Positions 23,336 to 34,196 of a DNA stretch of 64,000 bases are shown one piece after another (the stretch's first letter is position 1; every line of letters starts with the position of its first letter). The DNA comes from Macrostomum lignano (lineage: Eukaryota), in contig NIVC01000038.1 in assembly GCA_002269645.1 (NCBI GenBank), positions 930,001 to 994,000 of the forward strand, written 5' to 3'. The notes beneath the pieces were generated by a model. The model worked only from the letters and a program-made list of their open reading frames with translations. It made no database searches and had not been told where the DNA came from. A program made the translations under genes and the position numbers.

Positions 23336-24033
23336 ACTGTGGCCTTAAGAATTATCAAATAATTCGATTATTTGATTTCCGTTGTTCTTTCCATCCAGGA
23401 TGATAAAACGCCGTCGAATGACACATGTACCATTTTAACAAATGCCAGTTGGACAAACGTCAGCCATTTTTTAAACAACCTTTCTAAACTATCCTTATAT
23501 TCTCGCTGGATATATGGGTTTAAAAAACTCACAATGTCTCTGTCTCTATCTATGGCATAAGCTGATGCTACAATGATCGTTTTCTTTTAAGCTCGCACTA
23601 CCATAGCTATAGCTGATGTTCTTAATCGCACACACAAATTATCTAGATTTACACAGATTTGATTGCCAAATGTCCAACGAGTGGACTAGTTATACAGGAC
23701 AGTTTATTGATGAAAAATAATATAATCAAACTTTTGCATTAAGTTTAATTTATTCCGCAAAATACTACTTAAAGTAAAAAGTCATTGCGTCTCTATTTAT
23801 TCAAAAAAATCAATAAAATATTAATCGTTTTTTTCTACATGATTGTCGGCTTGAAAGCGACAAAAAAATGAAAGTTGCATGTTCAGAATGATTTTTCAAA
23901 TAGTAGCAGTAGAATAACTGGACTTTTGAATACGACCAGGTAATCATTAAATATATTGAGGTAAAGGTTTCTAGAAAGTGCTTTTTCGATACATATCGGC
24001 AATTGTTTTCATTATATTCTGGTTTAGTTATAA

Positions 24034-26206
24034 TTAAGCAGAGACGGTGCTGCGGCTGCTGAGCACGGTGACAATCTGCTCAAGTGGAATGTTGCCATCC
24101 TCGTCAGGTTCGAGCAGCTGGACCAGCTCCTCCACTTCGCTGGGGTCCATTCTGTCGCCCAGACTCACCATGATGTAGCGGAGCTTGTCCACGTGTAGCT
24201 TGCCAGTGTCCTGCTCATCGAATACCTGCGGGTGACGGTTATGGGTGTTAGTTATAGACGTTAGATATGGGTGTTAGATATGGATGTTAGATATGTGTGT
24301 TAGATATGGATGTTAGATATGTGTGTTTATAATGGGTGTTAGATATGTGTGTTAGATATGGCTTTTACATAACAATGTTAGATATGGGTGCTAAATATGT
24401 GTGTTAGATGTAGGTTATGGATATATTCATGTATGTGTTAGATATGGATGTTAAGTATGGGTGTTACATATGAGTGTTAGAATGGGTGCTAGATATGTAT
24501 GTTAGATATGAATTTTAGATATATGGGTGTTAGATTCAAGTGTTAGATATGGGTATTTTATATGAGTGTTATATGTAGGTGTTACATATGGGTGTTATAT
24601 ATAAACGTTAGATTTGTTTTTTAGATACATGTGTGTATGAGTGTTAGATATGGGTTTTGGATATGGGTGTTAGATATGGGTGTTAGATACAGGTGTTAGA
24701 TATGCATGCTAGATATGTGTTGTTAGAAATGCACATATTTGTGTTGATAATATTCTCATAATTTGACTGTTAGACATGGAATGTTAAATTTGTTAATTTA
24801 TTTACCTGTACCTAGGGTTGTACCTAGTTATACTTTCTAATAATCCATAAATCAATAAGCCATCAAGCATTAGTCCCTCTCAGCCTTGTCAATATCTCAA
24901 TTCCCCGCTGTCACAGCAGTGCAAGAGTCCCAATGCAATTAAAAACAGTTGACGGACCAATAATTCCTGGAGTAATAATGGACTTTCCGCACTCACTTCT
25001 TTAACTACATGTATAGTTGATATTGTTATTGGTCCTTCTCTAGCAACCATTAGTTTTATAACTCCGTTCGAGTATCTCAATCAAAACTGACTGAGCAATT
25101 AGGAGTTAATTGAAGCTTAAAAGATAAGCCGGTTTCATTATTCTGATGGCCTCTTGCACGAAATTCGAAATTCAAGTCTTTCCTGCCTCTCAAAGTGAGT
25201 CTTAGAAATTCCAGAGTTACTTGAAGTAGTCCACTGCGGCAAATGATACGAATTATCTAACAGGGAAATCTCCGTGTCTAAGACTCTAAGAGGTATGCTT
25301 CGGTGTCTAACTCATTTTGAATTTCTAACAGGTGAATTGTAACTGCCTAACAGGTGAACTCTGTGAGCGTTTAACAGGTGAAGTCATCCTGAGTGTCTAA
25401 CAGGTGACTCATCCTGAGTGTCTAACAGGTGACTCATCCTGAGTGTCTAACAGGTGACTCATCCTGAGTGTCTAACAGGTGACTCATTCTGAGTGTCTGA
25501 CAGGTGACTCATCCTGAGTGTCTGACAGGTGACTCATCCTGAGTGTCTGACAGGTGACTCATCCTGAGTGTCTAACAGGTGACTATTCTGAGTGTCTAAC
25601 AGGTGACTCATTCTGAGTGTCTAACAAGTGACACATCCGGAGTGTCTAACAGGTGACTCATTCTGAGTGTCTAACAGGTGACTCATTCTGAGTGTCTAAC
25701 AGGTGACTCATTCTGAGTGTCTAACAAGTGACACATCCGGAGTGTCTAACAGGTGACTCATCCTGAGTGTCTAACAGGTGACTCATTCTGAGTGTCTAAC
25801 AAGTGACGCATCCTGAGTGTCTAACAGGTGACTCATTCTGAGTGTCTAACAGGTGACTCATTCTGAGTGTCTAACAGGTGACTCATCCTGAGTGTCTAGC
25901 GCGTCACTACCAGCCGCTCACCTTTAGAGCCTCCCGAATCTGTGTCCCAGACTCTCCTTCGTTCATCTTCTTCATCATGAGGATGGTGAACTCGGCAAAG
26001 TCCAGCTCTCCGTTGCCGTCAACGTCCACCTGCCTGATGAGGCGCTGCACCTCGTCCTCCGAAGGATTCTGGCCCAGCGACCGCATCACGTCGCCGAGCT
26101 CGTTCGCCGAGATGGTGCCGCCGCCGTCGCGGTCGAACAGCAGGAAGGCCTCGCGCAGTTCTGCGATTTCATCTTCGGACAGATCGAATTCGGCCTCCGA
26201 TTTCAT
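24034..26206 (-). CDS. Calmodulin-like four-EF-hand protein, 158 aa; exons 26206-25922, 24225-24034
   Basis: [41 protein letters not shown]...[13 protein letters not shown]...[41 protein letters not shown]. Phase-0 GT..AG intron. Confidence 0.92.
24240..24720. repeat. Degenerate ~14-bp repeat (gttagatatgggt) in the calmodulin-like intron
   Basis: Directly visible. Confidence 0.85.
25370..25898. repeat. 25-bp minisatellite (aacaggtgactcatcctgagtgtct) in the calmodulin-like intron
   Basis: About 20 tandem copies. Confidence 0.95.
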
Positions 26207-26634
26207 GCCTGACTGGGGAAGGTCAATCTCTACAGGTGGATTATAGTTGGAGTCGCTAATCCCCCAGCAACCGGAGGTTATATAACTGACTTACAGAGCC
26301 AATCAGCTTCTGGGCGAGAGAAATAAGGGAAGACAGCGAACAAAGAGGATATGGGTATGGAGTAGGAGGGGGGTGTTGATACAGATGTACTGCCAACTCA
26401 GACTCACGGATCCCAGTTTGCAAACAGACACCACCCACAGGCTTCAGGCCTTGCGGGGCTGCCAGTTCTTTCTCGATCGTGTGGAATTTCTCATGCTCCA
26501 TTCAGCTACTGGTTTCGTGTGTCTCTCATTTCTGTGATGCACTCTGGCAGTCGTCGCCTGAGTTCACCTCTCCCAGATCCTTATTTATCTACTCTCACTC
26601 TGCTCGTGAGGCACGACAGACAGTCTCTCTGTCG

Positions 26635-27200
26635 ACTACTATGTCTACCTCACTATCTACCTGTCTGTCTACCTCTCTATCTACCTGTCTGTCTACCTCT
26701 CTATCTACCTGTCTTTCTACCTCTCTATCTACCTGTCTGTCTACCTCTCTATCTACCTGTCTGTCTACCTCACTATCAACCTGTCTGTCTACCTCACTAT
26801 CAACCTGTCTGTCTACCTCTCTATCTACCTGTCTGTCTACCTCTCTATCTACCTGTCTGTTTAATTTTCTATCCACCTGTCTGTCTATCTCTTTATCTAC
26901 CTGTCTGTCTACCTCTCTATCTACCTGTCCGTCTACCTCTCTATCTACCTGTCTGTCTACCTCCTTATCTACCTGTCTGTCTACCTCTCTATCTACCTGT
27001 CTGTCTACCTCTCTATCTACCTGTCTTTCGACCTCTCTATCTACCTGTCTTTCTACATCTCTGTCTACCTGTCTGTCTACTCCTCTATCTACCTGTCTTT
27101 CGACCTCTCTATCTATCCATCTCTATCTCTATCTATCTACCCGTCTGTCTATCTCTCTATCTACCAATTTTTGACTGCTCTATCTACCTAACTGCCTGAC
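26635..27200. repeat. 24-bp minisatellite (ctctctatctacctgtctgtctac)
   Basis: Tandem copies are visible. Confidence 0.93.
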
Positions 27201-27834
27201 TGTCTACCCTAAAAATTAAGGTGGAAGTCTGGCCGTGCACAGTGCGTGCAGTATCGAAGCAGCATGACAAGTATCAAAAAGTTGCAAAACGGAAGCACAG
27301 GAAACGAGAGTACACACGGGTAGATGAGGTGTCGAAAAGTCGAAGCTTTTAGCAGAACGACTGTTTTATTGTGTCGTTTTTATGATTCTTGGTCCTTCCC
27401 CCTCTTCTCCCAGAATTTGCATCGCAAGCATCCCCACCACTGCGCCAGTGGCTTCATCTGCAGTTTAATATCCCGATTTCATATACTTCAGCTCTCTCCC
27501 CAGCTTTCTTGTTCCTTCCTTCCTCCCATCCCAACCGGGAGATTTGGTTGGGAAAATTTCTGCTAAATGCAGATCCCAGCGCGAGGGGAACAATGAGAGA
27601 ATTGAGGAGGCTTGCAGTTTCGTTGGGTCTGGGGGGGGGGAGAATTCAGAGTTCGCCTCATCAGTCCGATAGGACGCAGGTTGTGACAAATGCTAAGCCT
27701 AGAGCAGACCGCACATAGTTCTCCCGCCTTTAATCTGGCTCGATCGATTGAGTAGACTGACGCGTGACTTTGGAGCATGAATCTTTTATTTAAAGTAAAA
27801 AAATTGCTTAAATATAAAGACTGAGTAGGGTGAG

Positions 27835-28885
27835 TATCAGGTGAGGATTAGGGTGAGGATTAAGTGAAGATTAGGTGAGGATTAAGGTGATGATTAGGTG
27901 AGGATTAGAGTGAGGATTAGGTAAAGATTAGTTGAGGATTAAAGTGAGGATTAGGTGAGGATTAAGTGAGGATTAGGTGAGGATTAAGGTGAGGATTAGG
28001 GTGAGGATTAAGTGAGGATTAGGTGAGGATTAAGGTGAGGATTAGGGTGAGGATTAAGTGAAGATTAGGTGAGGATTAAGGTGATGATTAGGTGAGGATT
28101 AGAGTGAAGATTAGGTAAAGATTAGGTGAGGATTAAAGTGAGGATTAGGTGAGGATTAAGTGAGGATTAGGTGAGGATTAAGGTGAGGATTAGGGTAAGG
28201 ATTAAGTGAGGATTAGGTGAGGATTAGGTGAGGATTAAGGTGAGGATTAGGTGAGGATTAGGTGAGGATTAGGTGAGGATTAAGATGAGGATTAGGTGAG
28301 GATTAGAGTGAGGATTAGGTAAAGATTAGGTGAGGATTAGGTGAGGATTAGGTAAGGATTAAGTGAGGATTAGGTAAAGATTAGGTGAGGATTAGGTGAG
28401 GATTAGGTGAGGATTAAGATGAGGATTAGGTGAGGATTAGAGTGAGGATTAGGTAAAGATTAGGTGAGGATTAAGGTGAGGATTAGGTGAGGATTAGGTG
28501 AGGATTAGGTGAGGATTAAGGTGAGGATTAGGTGAGGATTAGGTGAGGATTAATGTGAGGATTAGGGTAAGGATTAGGTGAGGATTAAGATGAGGATTAG
28601 GTGAGGATTAGAGTGAGGATTAGGTAAAGATTAGGTGAGGATTAGGTGAGGATTAGGTGAGGATTAGAGTGAGGATTAGGTAAAGATTAGGTGAGGATTA
28701 GGTGAGGATTAGGTGAGGATTAAGATGAGGATTAGGTGAGGATTAGAGTGAGGATTAGGTAAAGATTAGGTGAGGATTAGGGTGAGGATTAGGGTGTGGA
28801 TTAGGGTGAGGATTAGGGTGAGGATTAGAGAGGGGATTAGGTGAGGATTAGGGTGAAGATTAGAGAGGGGATTAGGTGAAAACTA
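27835..28885. repeat. 11-12 bp minisatellite (gtgaggattag)
   Basis: About 1 kb tandem array. Confidence 0.95.
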
Positions 28886-29147
28886 GGTGAGCTTTAAATT
28901 GCTGATTGATTTTAATGCTGCCACTCGCACAATCAGCTCAGGACTTGAGTAAAGCTAAAAGCTTAGAGATAGTTCTCCCTCTTTATTAACAGTTTCAAAA
29001 GTTTTGTCTGTGGCACTAATTGAACCCTAATGCGGTTAAAAAGCTGCTGCATAATTTGAGAGGAATGTTAGTTGCTCTGTCAGTCAACAGTTGCTAACCG
29101 CTGTCTCAATTGCTTGTAGGAATCTCAGGTCAGCTCGAAGCGACACC

Positions 29148-32102
29148 ATGGCATCCTCTCATGTAAGCCGGTAGTTCTTTAGCATTAAAACTGTTATAGT
29201 TTCATGCTCATGCTATGACGATTCCCTCATAACCCCGTATCCTCTGCAGCCGAAATCCCTAATGACGGTGCAAGTTGGTCAAGCTGGGATACAAATTGGA
29301 CATGCGGTGTGGGAGCTGTTCTGTCTGGAGCACAACATATCGGCAGATGGCACCCCGAAACTGCACTGCGGCGATCTCGGCAATGTGGAGTCTGTGTTTG
29401 TGCCCACACCGAAGGGGCGCTACTTTCCCAGGAGCCTGTTTGTGGACACAGACCCCGCTTGCGTTGGTGAGATGAGATGGGGTCTCAGGGTGAGAGTAGA
29501 TAGGGTCTGAGGGTGATAATAGTAGATAGGGTCTGAGGGTGAGAGTAGATAGGGTCTGAGGGTGATGATAGTAGATAGGGTCTGAGGGTGAGAGTAGATA
29601 GGGTCTGAGGGTGATGATAGTAGATAGGGTCTGAGGGTGAGAGTAGATAGGGTCTGAGGGTGATGATAGTAGATAGGGTCTGAGGGTGAGAGTAGATAGG
29701 GTCTGAGGATGAGAGTAGATAGGGTCTGAGGGTGAGAGTAGATAGGGTCTGAGGATGAGAGTAGATAGGGTCTGAGGGTGAGAGTAGATCGGGTCTGAGG
29801 GTGAGAGTACAATGGTTGAGTCCCTGGTAAGAGAAATTGGCTAAACGGTTCTCCGTAAATCATGAAGCAGGTAAATCCCAGCCAGGAAGTTCATAGCAAA
29901 CTTTAATCGCAAAAAGTTCACCCGCCCTGAAACCGCCACCAGACGAGATGCGCTCAGGACCCTACAAGCAGCTGTTCAGCTCCCGACAGCTGCTCTCAGA
30001 CCAGGTGGACGCGGCCAGCAACTACACTACTGGTCGCTATGGTTACGCCAAGCGGCTGGTGCCGGACACGCTCGAACGACTGCGCTGGATGACTGAGAAG
30101 GCGGACTCGAAGCCGACGCTCTGTCTGGTGCACAGCGCCTGCGGCGGCACCGGCAGCGGCTTCGCCGTGGCCTGCCTCGCCAGGATGGCCGACGAACTGG
30201 GCATCGAGCCGCAGAACATCATCGATCTGTGCGTTGTGCCCGGCGTCTCCGCCGGCCAGAGCTCCTGCGAGCTGCTCAACACCGCCCTGTACCTGGACGA
30301 GTCGCAGGACCTGACCAGGCAGACCGTCTGCGTCTCCAACTCGGCGATGTTCCGCCTGTGCAACTCGCAGCTGCAGTCGCAGGGGGCGGCCACCTTCGCA
30401 CACGCCAACCGCGCCCTGGCAGCCGCCTTCAGCAACCTCACCGCCACGGAGCGCCTGCCCGGCTCCAGCGTCGGCCTGTCCGGCATCCTGGACAGCCTGC
30501 TGCCGTTCCGTCACCTGCGCTACACCCTGCTGGCCTGCGCTCCTTTCCTCACCACCGAGAACGCCAGGACAGAGCGTCCAACCGCCAAGTCCGCCACCGC
30601 GGCCGTGTTGGAGCTGTCCAGCCAGTTCCTCGACGTTGACCTCCGTCAGGGTCGCCACGCTGCCGGCTTCCTGTTGTACCGCGGCGACGCCAGTCTGGGC
30701 GAGGCGCAGAAACTGGCGGCGGAGCTGACCGCCCGAGGCCGAGTGCAGTTCCAGGACTGGGCGCCTACCGGCTTCCGCACCGGCGTTGTGACGCCTCCGC
30801 CAGTTGCTCCGCCTGGCAGCGGCTTCGCAGACGTCCCAATCTCCGCGACGCTGCTTGCCAGCCACTCTGGCATCTCCGACATCTTCGCCAAGCTGGCCGC
30901 GAGTTCCAGGAAGCTGCAAGACCGCGACATGTTCGTGCACAACTACGAAGGCGCGATTGTGTCTCTGCTGAACAAAACGGTGGAGGGGAGCAACGCCGGG
31001 ATGAATTTAGGGGCAGGCGGACCGGGGACCAACACGGACTCGGACTCGCAGAAACCAACCAGCCTGGACTCGGCCTCGGCCGATAACAACAGCGTGCGAA
31101 TGTGGATGAACCCGCCGGCGGCTCAGGCTGCGCTGGCTTCGGGCGGTGGTCGCGGTGAGCTGCAGAACTACCGGCGCAGGCGACTGACGTCCAGAGAGCC
31201 CGGCAGCCACGCCACCCAGAAGCCGCAGCAGCAGCAGCAAGAACAGCAGCAAGACGAGGAGGAGCCTCAGGTGTCGCGTACCTGCGCACTAAGCGACGTC
31301 TTCGGCGTTCGAGTCCGCCTATCATCGGCCATCGACTACCTGCAGCGTGTGTCGATCAGCTACGCCGCCGACAGTCAAACCGACGCAGGTGACGCCGCCG
31401 ATGTCGATGCTGCCGCAGTTGGCGACGAAAATGACGTCATCGGGGCGACTAACGGCGAGGAGGACGGCAAGGAGGACGAGGAGGAGACGGAGGGCGCCGA
31501 CGAGGAGGATGGAGAGGAGGGCAAGCAGCGAGTGGATAACAAGCTGCACGTGACCATCAATGATGTCGGCGGGATCGGCAGAGATCGGGAAAATGTCGAC
31601 TCCAATCGGTAAGAGGTCGTGGGCACCCCATGGCGCAATGCCTTTCGGCGAAATCGGTCCCGCAACCACCTCTGAGGCCAGATGCATTTACATGTAGCTT
31701 CTTACTCTGATGCAAAAACACAGGTCCGTTAGCGGCCAGTCTGCCCAGTCTGACTCAAAGCAACAACAGCAACAGCAGCAGCAGCAACAAGCGGACGGGA
31801 ACTCAGTCAGCGCAGAAGAGGAGCCGCAGGTTGAACCATCTCAGCAAAGCGAGCAGGCGGATCTCTCAGCCAGCAAAGACCCCAACGATCCTCCGGCGAA
31901 CAACGCCAACCAGCAGGGCGAGTTGCCTGTCCCAAGCAGTCGTTGGTGTCTCCGACGTCGCAGCAAGTCTCGCCGACCAGGCGAAGCCGCCGCCACCGCC
32001 GCCGCTGCCGCCGCCACTGCAGCAGCCGCTGGAAAACACCCCGCAATTGCTGAAGCCGAGAAAATTCTGATGAAGTACCAACGGAGTCTAGGCGGCCAAT
32101 GA
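29148..32102 (+). CDS. Highly divergent alpha-tubulin-like protein, 758 aa; exons 29148-29162, 29250-29466, 29943-31608, 31724-32102
   Basis: VQVGQAGIQIGHAVWELFCLEH, FPRSLFVD, VDEMRSGPYKQLF, DAASNY, HSACGGTGSG, LLYRGD, QFQDWAPTGFR and MFVHNY align in order with alpha-tubulin. Splice phases 0, 1, 2 are consistent. The TAA at 31610 overlaps a GTAAGA donor at 31609. Confidence 0.88.
29475..29805. repeat. Minisatellite (gagagtagatagggtctgagggt) in tubulin intron 2
   Basis: Tandem copies are visible. Confidence 0.9.
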
Positions 32103-32384
32103 CGCGATCACGTCGTGTTGGCGTTTTAAACTGACGAATTGTTAATTTCTGGTCAAAAAATTAGTGCAAAAACTAATATGACTTTTGTCTAATGGTTTTT
32201 AGTTTCGCCCAGACTGACCGAACGCAGCTATATTGCGCTGCCAACAGAGAAAATATATGAACAGCTGATACATTTCTTTGAAAGCGTTTGAGAATTTGAA
32301 ATAGTTCAATTTTGTTGCTTTAGAAATTTGCCGCGTTCTTCGCCGTTTAAGTTATCATCTCCACTGATCCCACTGCATCTCTGC

Positions 32385-32870
32385 CCACCTCACCCTATAT
32401 CTGCTCACATCACTTGACCTCTGCTTACCTCACCTCACCTCTGCTCACCTCACCTCACCTCTGCCCACCTCACTTCATATCTGCTCACCTCACTTCACAT
32501 CTGCTCACCTCACTTCATCTCTTCTCACCTCACCTCACCTCTGCTCACCTCATCTCACATCTGCTCACCTCACCTCACATCTGCTCACCTCACCTCACAT
32601 CTGCTCACCTCTTCTCACCTCTTCTCACCTCATCTCACATCTGCTCACCTCACCTCACCTCTGCTCACCTCACCTCACCTCACCTCTGCTCACCTCATCT
32701 CACCTCTTCTCACCTCACCTCACCTCTTCTCACCTCACCTCACCTCTTCTCACCTCACCTCACCTCTTTTCACCTCACCTCACCTCTTCTCACCTCACTT
32801 CAGACTTGCTCACCTTGCCTCTCTACTCGCATCTACTAACCTCGCTTCACATCTTTACTCACATCTCTAC
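32385..32870. repeat. (CTCAC)n-based simple repeat
   Basis: Directly visible. Confidence 0.9.
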
Positions 32871-33449
32871 TCTGTGCTCATCTCACATAGTCTCTATTTA
32901 TCTTACTATTTATCTCACTATTTATCTCACTATTTATCTCCCTGACAGGGTTGCAGCTCATTAAACCAAGTTAACCATATCCAAGTTAGAAGTTTAACAA
33001 TGCTCTTAATTAACGATAACTCATAAGAAACCAAATATATAAAGTTTATATTTTTATTTTTATTCAGCTCTCGTCAATAAATAAAAAAATGAAAAAAGGA
33101 AACACGAAAAATCTACGTTAAAAAGTTAATTGAACAGGTATTTAAGAGGGAACAAGATTGAGGGCGGACACAGTTTAAATAACTATATAATAAATGTGGA
33201 GGCCCTGAAAAGTTTAATTAGTTCATAATGTACTTTAATTTAGTTTTAAACATTTTATTATTTGAAGCATGCCGCATCAGGAGCTGCGTCGATCTCATTT
33301 CGAAAAGCAAACAGAGACAAAGGAAAAAAGACAGTGAGCAAACGAAATGTGTCATCATTATTCAAATGGGAACCAACGATTGAATGCAGAGAAAACAAGC
33401 TGCATCTTGCATTTGTGACCGAATTGGGGCTGCTTAAATTTAATCGAGC

Positions 33450-33690
33450 TTAACCGAGAGCCAATGTACACTGAGGGGTGGTGGGGCAGGGGTCGAGAGA
33501 GACCCAGTGTACACTGAGGAGTGGATGGGCAGGGGTTGAGAGAGAGCCAGTGTACACTGAGGAGTGAATGGGCAGGGGTTGAGAGAGAGCCAGTGTACAC
33601 TGAGGGGTGGATAGGCAGGGGTTGAGAGAGAGCCAGTGTACACTGAGGGGTGGTAGGGCAGGGGTTGAGAGGGAAAGAGAGCCAGTGTAC
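33450..33690. repeat. ~38-bp minisatellite (gagagagccagtgtacactgagggg...)
   Basis: About 6 copies. Confidence 0.85.
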
Positions 33691-34196
33691 ACTTGAGGGA
33701 TTGGTGGGACAAGGGCTGACGGAGAGCAAGATTGCATAAATTATTCGCTAAACTTAACTGACTAAACCACAACAGAGAGAATTGATAAGTCAGAGCAATA
33801 AAGCCAAACGTCTCTCAATAACTTGCAACACCTTTTAAGTGTCAGAAGGCGCAGAAAAGTTAAAGAACAAATAATAAAGTCATTGGTTTTTTACTGTAAT
33901 TTGCGCGCTTACAGAAAAATATTCAATAATAACTTTAGAGAAAAAGAACCTTGGAGTGAAATCGCAGCTGTCAAGAGGATTATCTAAGGTTAAGTTGATT
34001 TTTACTCGATTAATTCTATATTTTACAAGAAACAGTGCAATAACATGTTGATATTAGGGGCAACGCAGACAAAGCACAGAACATAGAGACGTCATAATAA
34101 TAGCCCGCGGTTTCCCAGATTAGAATGAAAAATACAATTCTGTCATACGCTTTGCAGAAGGTATATTTGAATACAAGCTTCCAGTGAGGCTCTGGC

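Noticed and set aside
25370-25898. AP-1 (TGACTCA) and E-box (CAGGTG) motifs in each unit of the calmodulin-intron array
   Set aside because: Short motifs in one amplified unit are weak evidence, with no positional argument such as promoter proximity. It is kept only as a repeat.
29996-31687. Several long minus-strand ORFs over the tubulin gene
   Set aside because: They are antisense shadows of GC-rich coding sequence. The plus frame has clear tubulin motifs.
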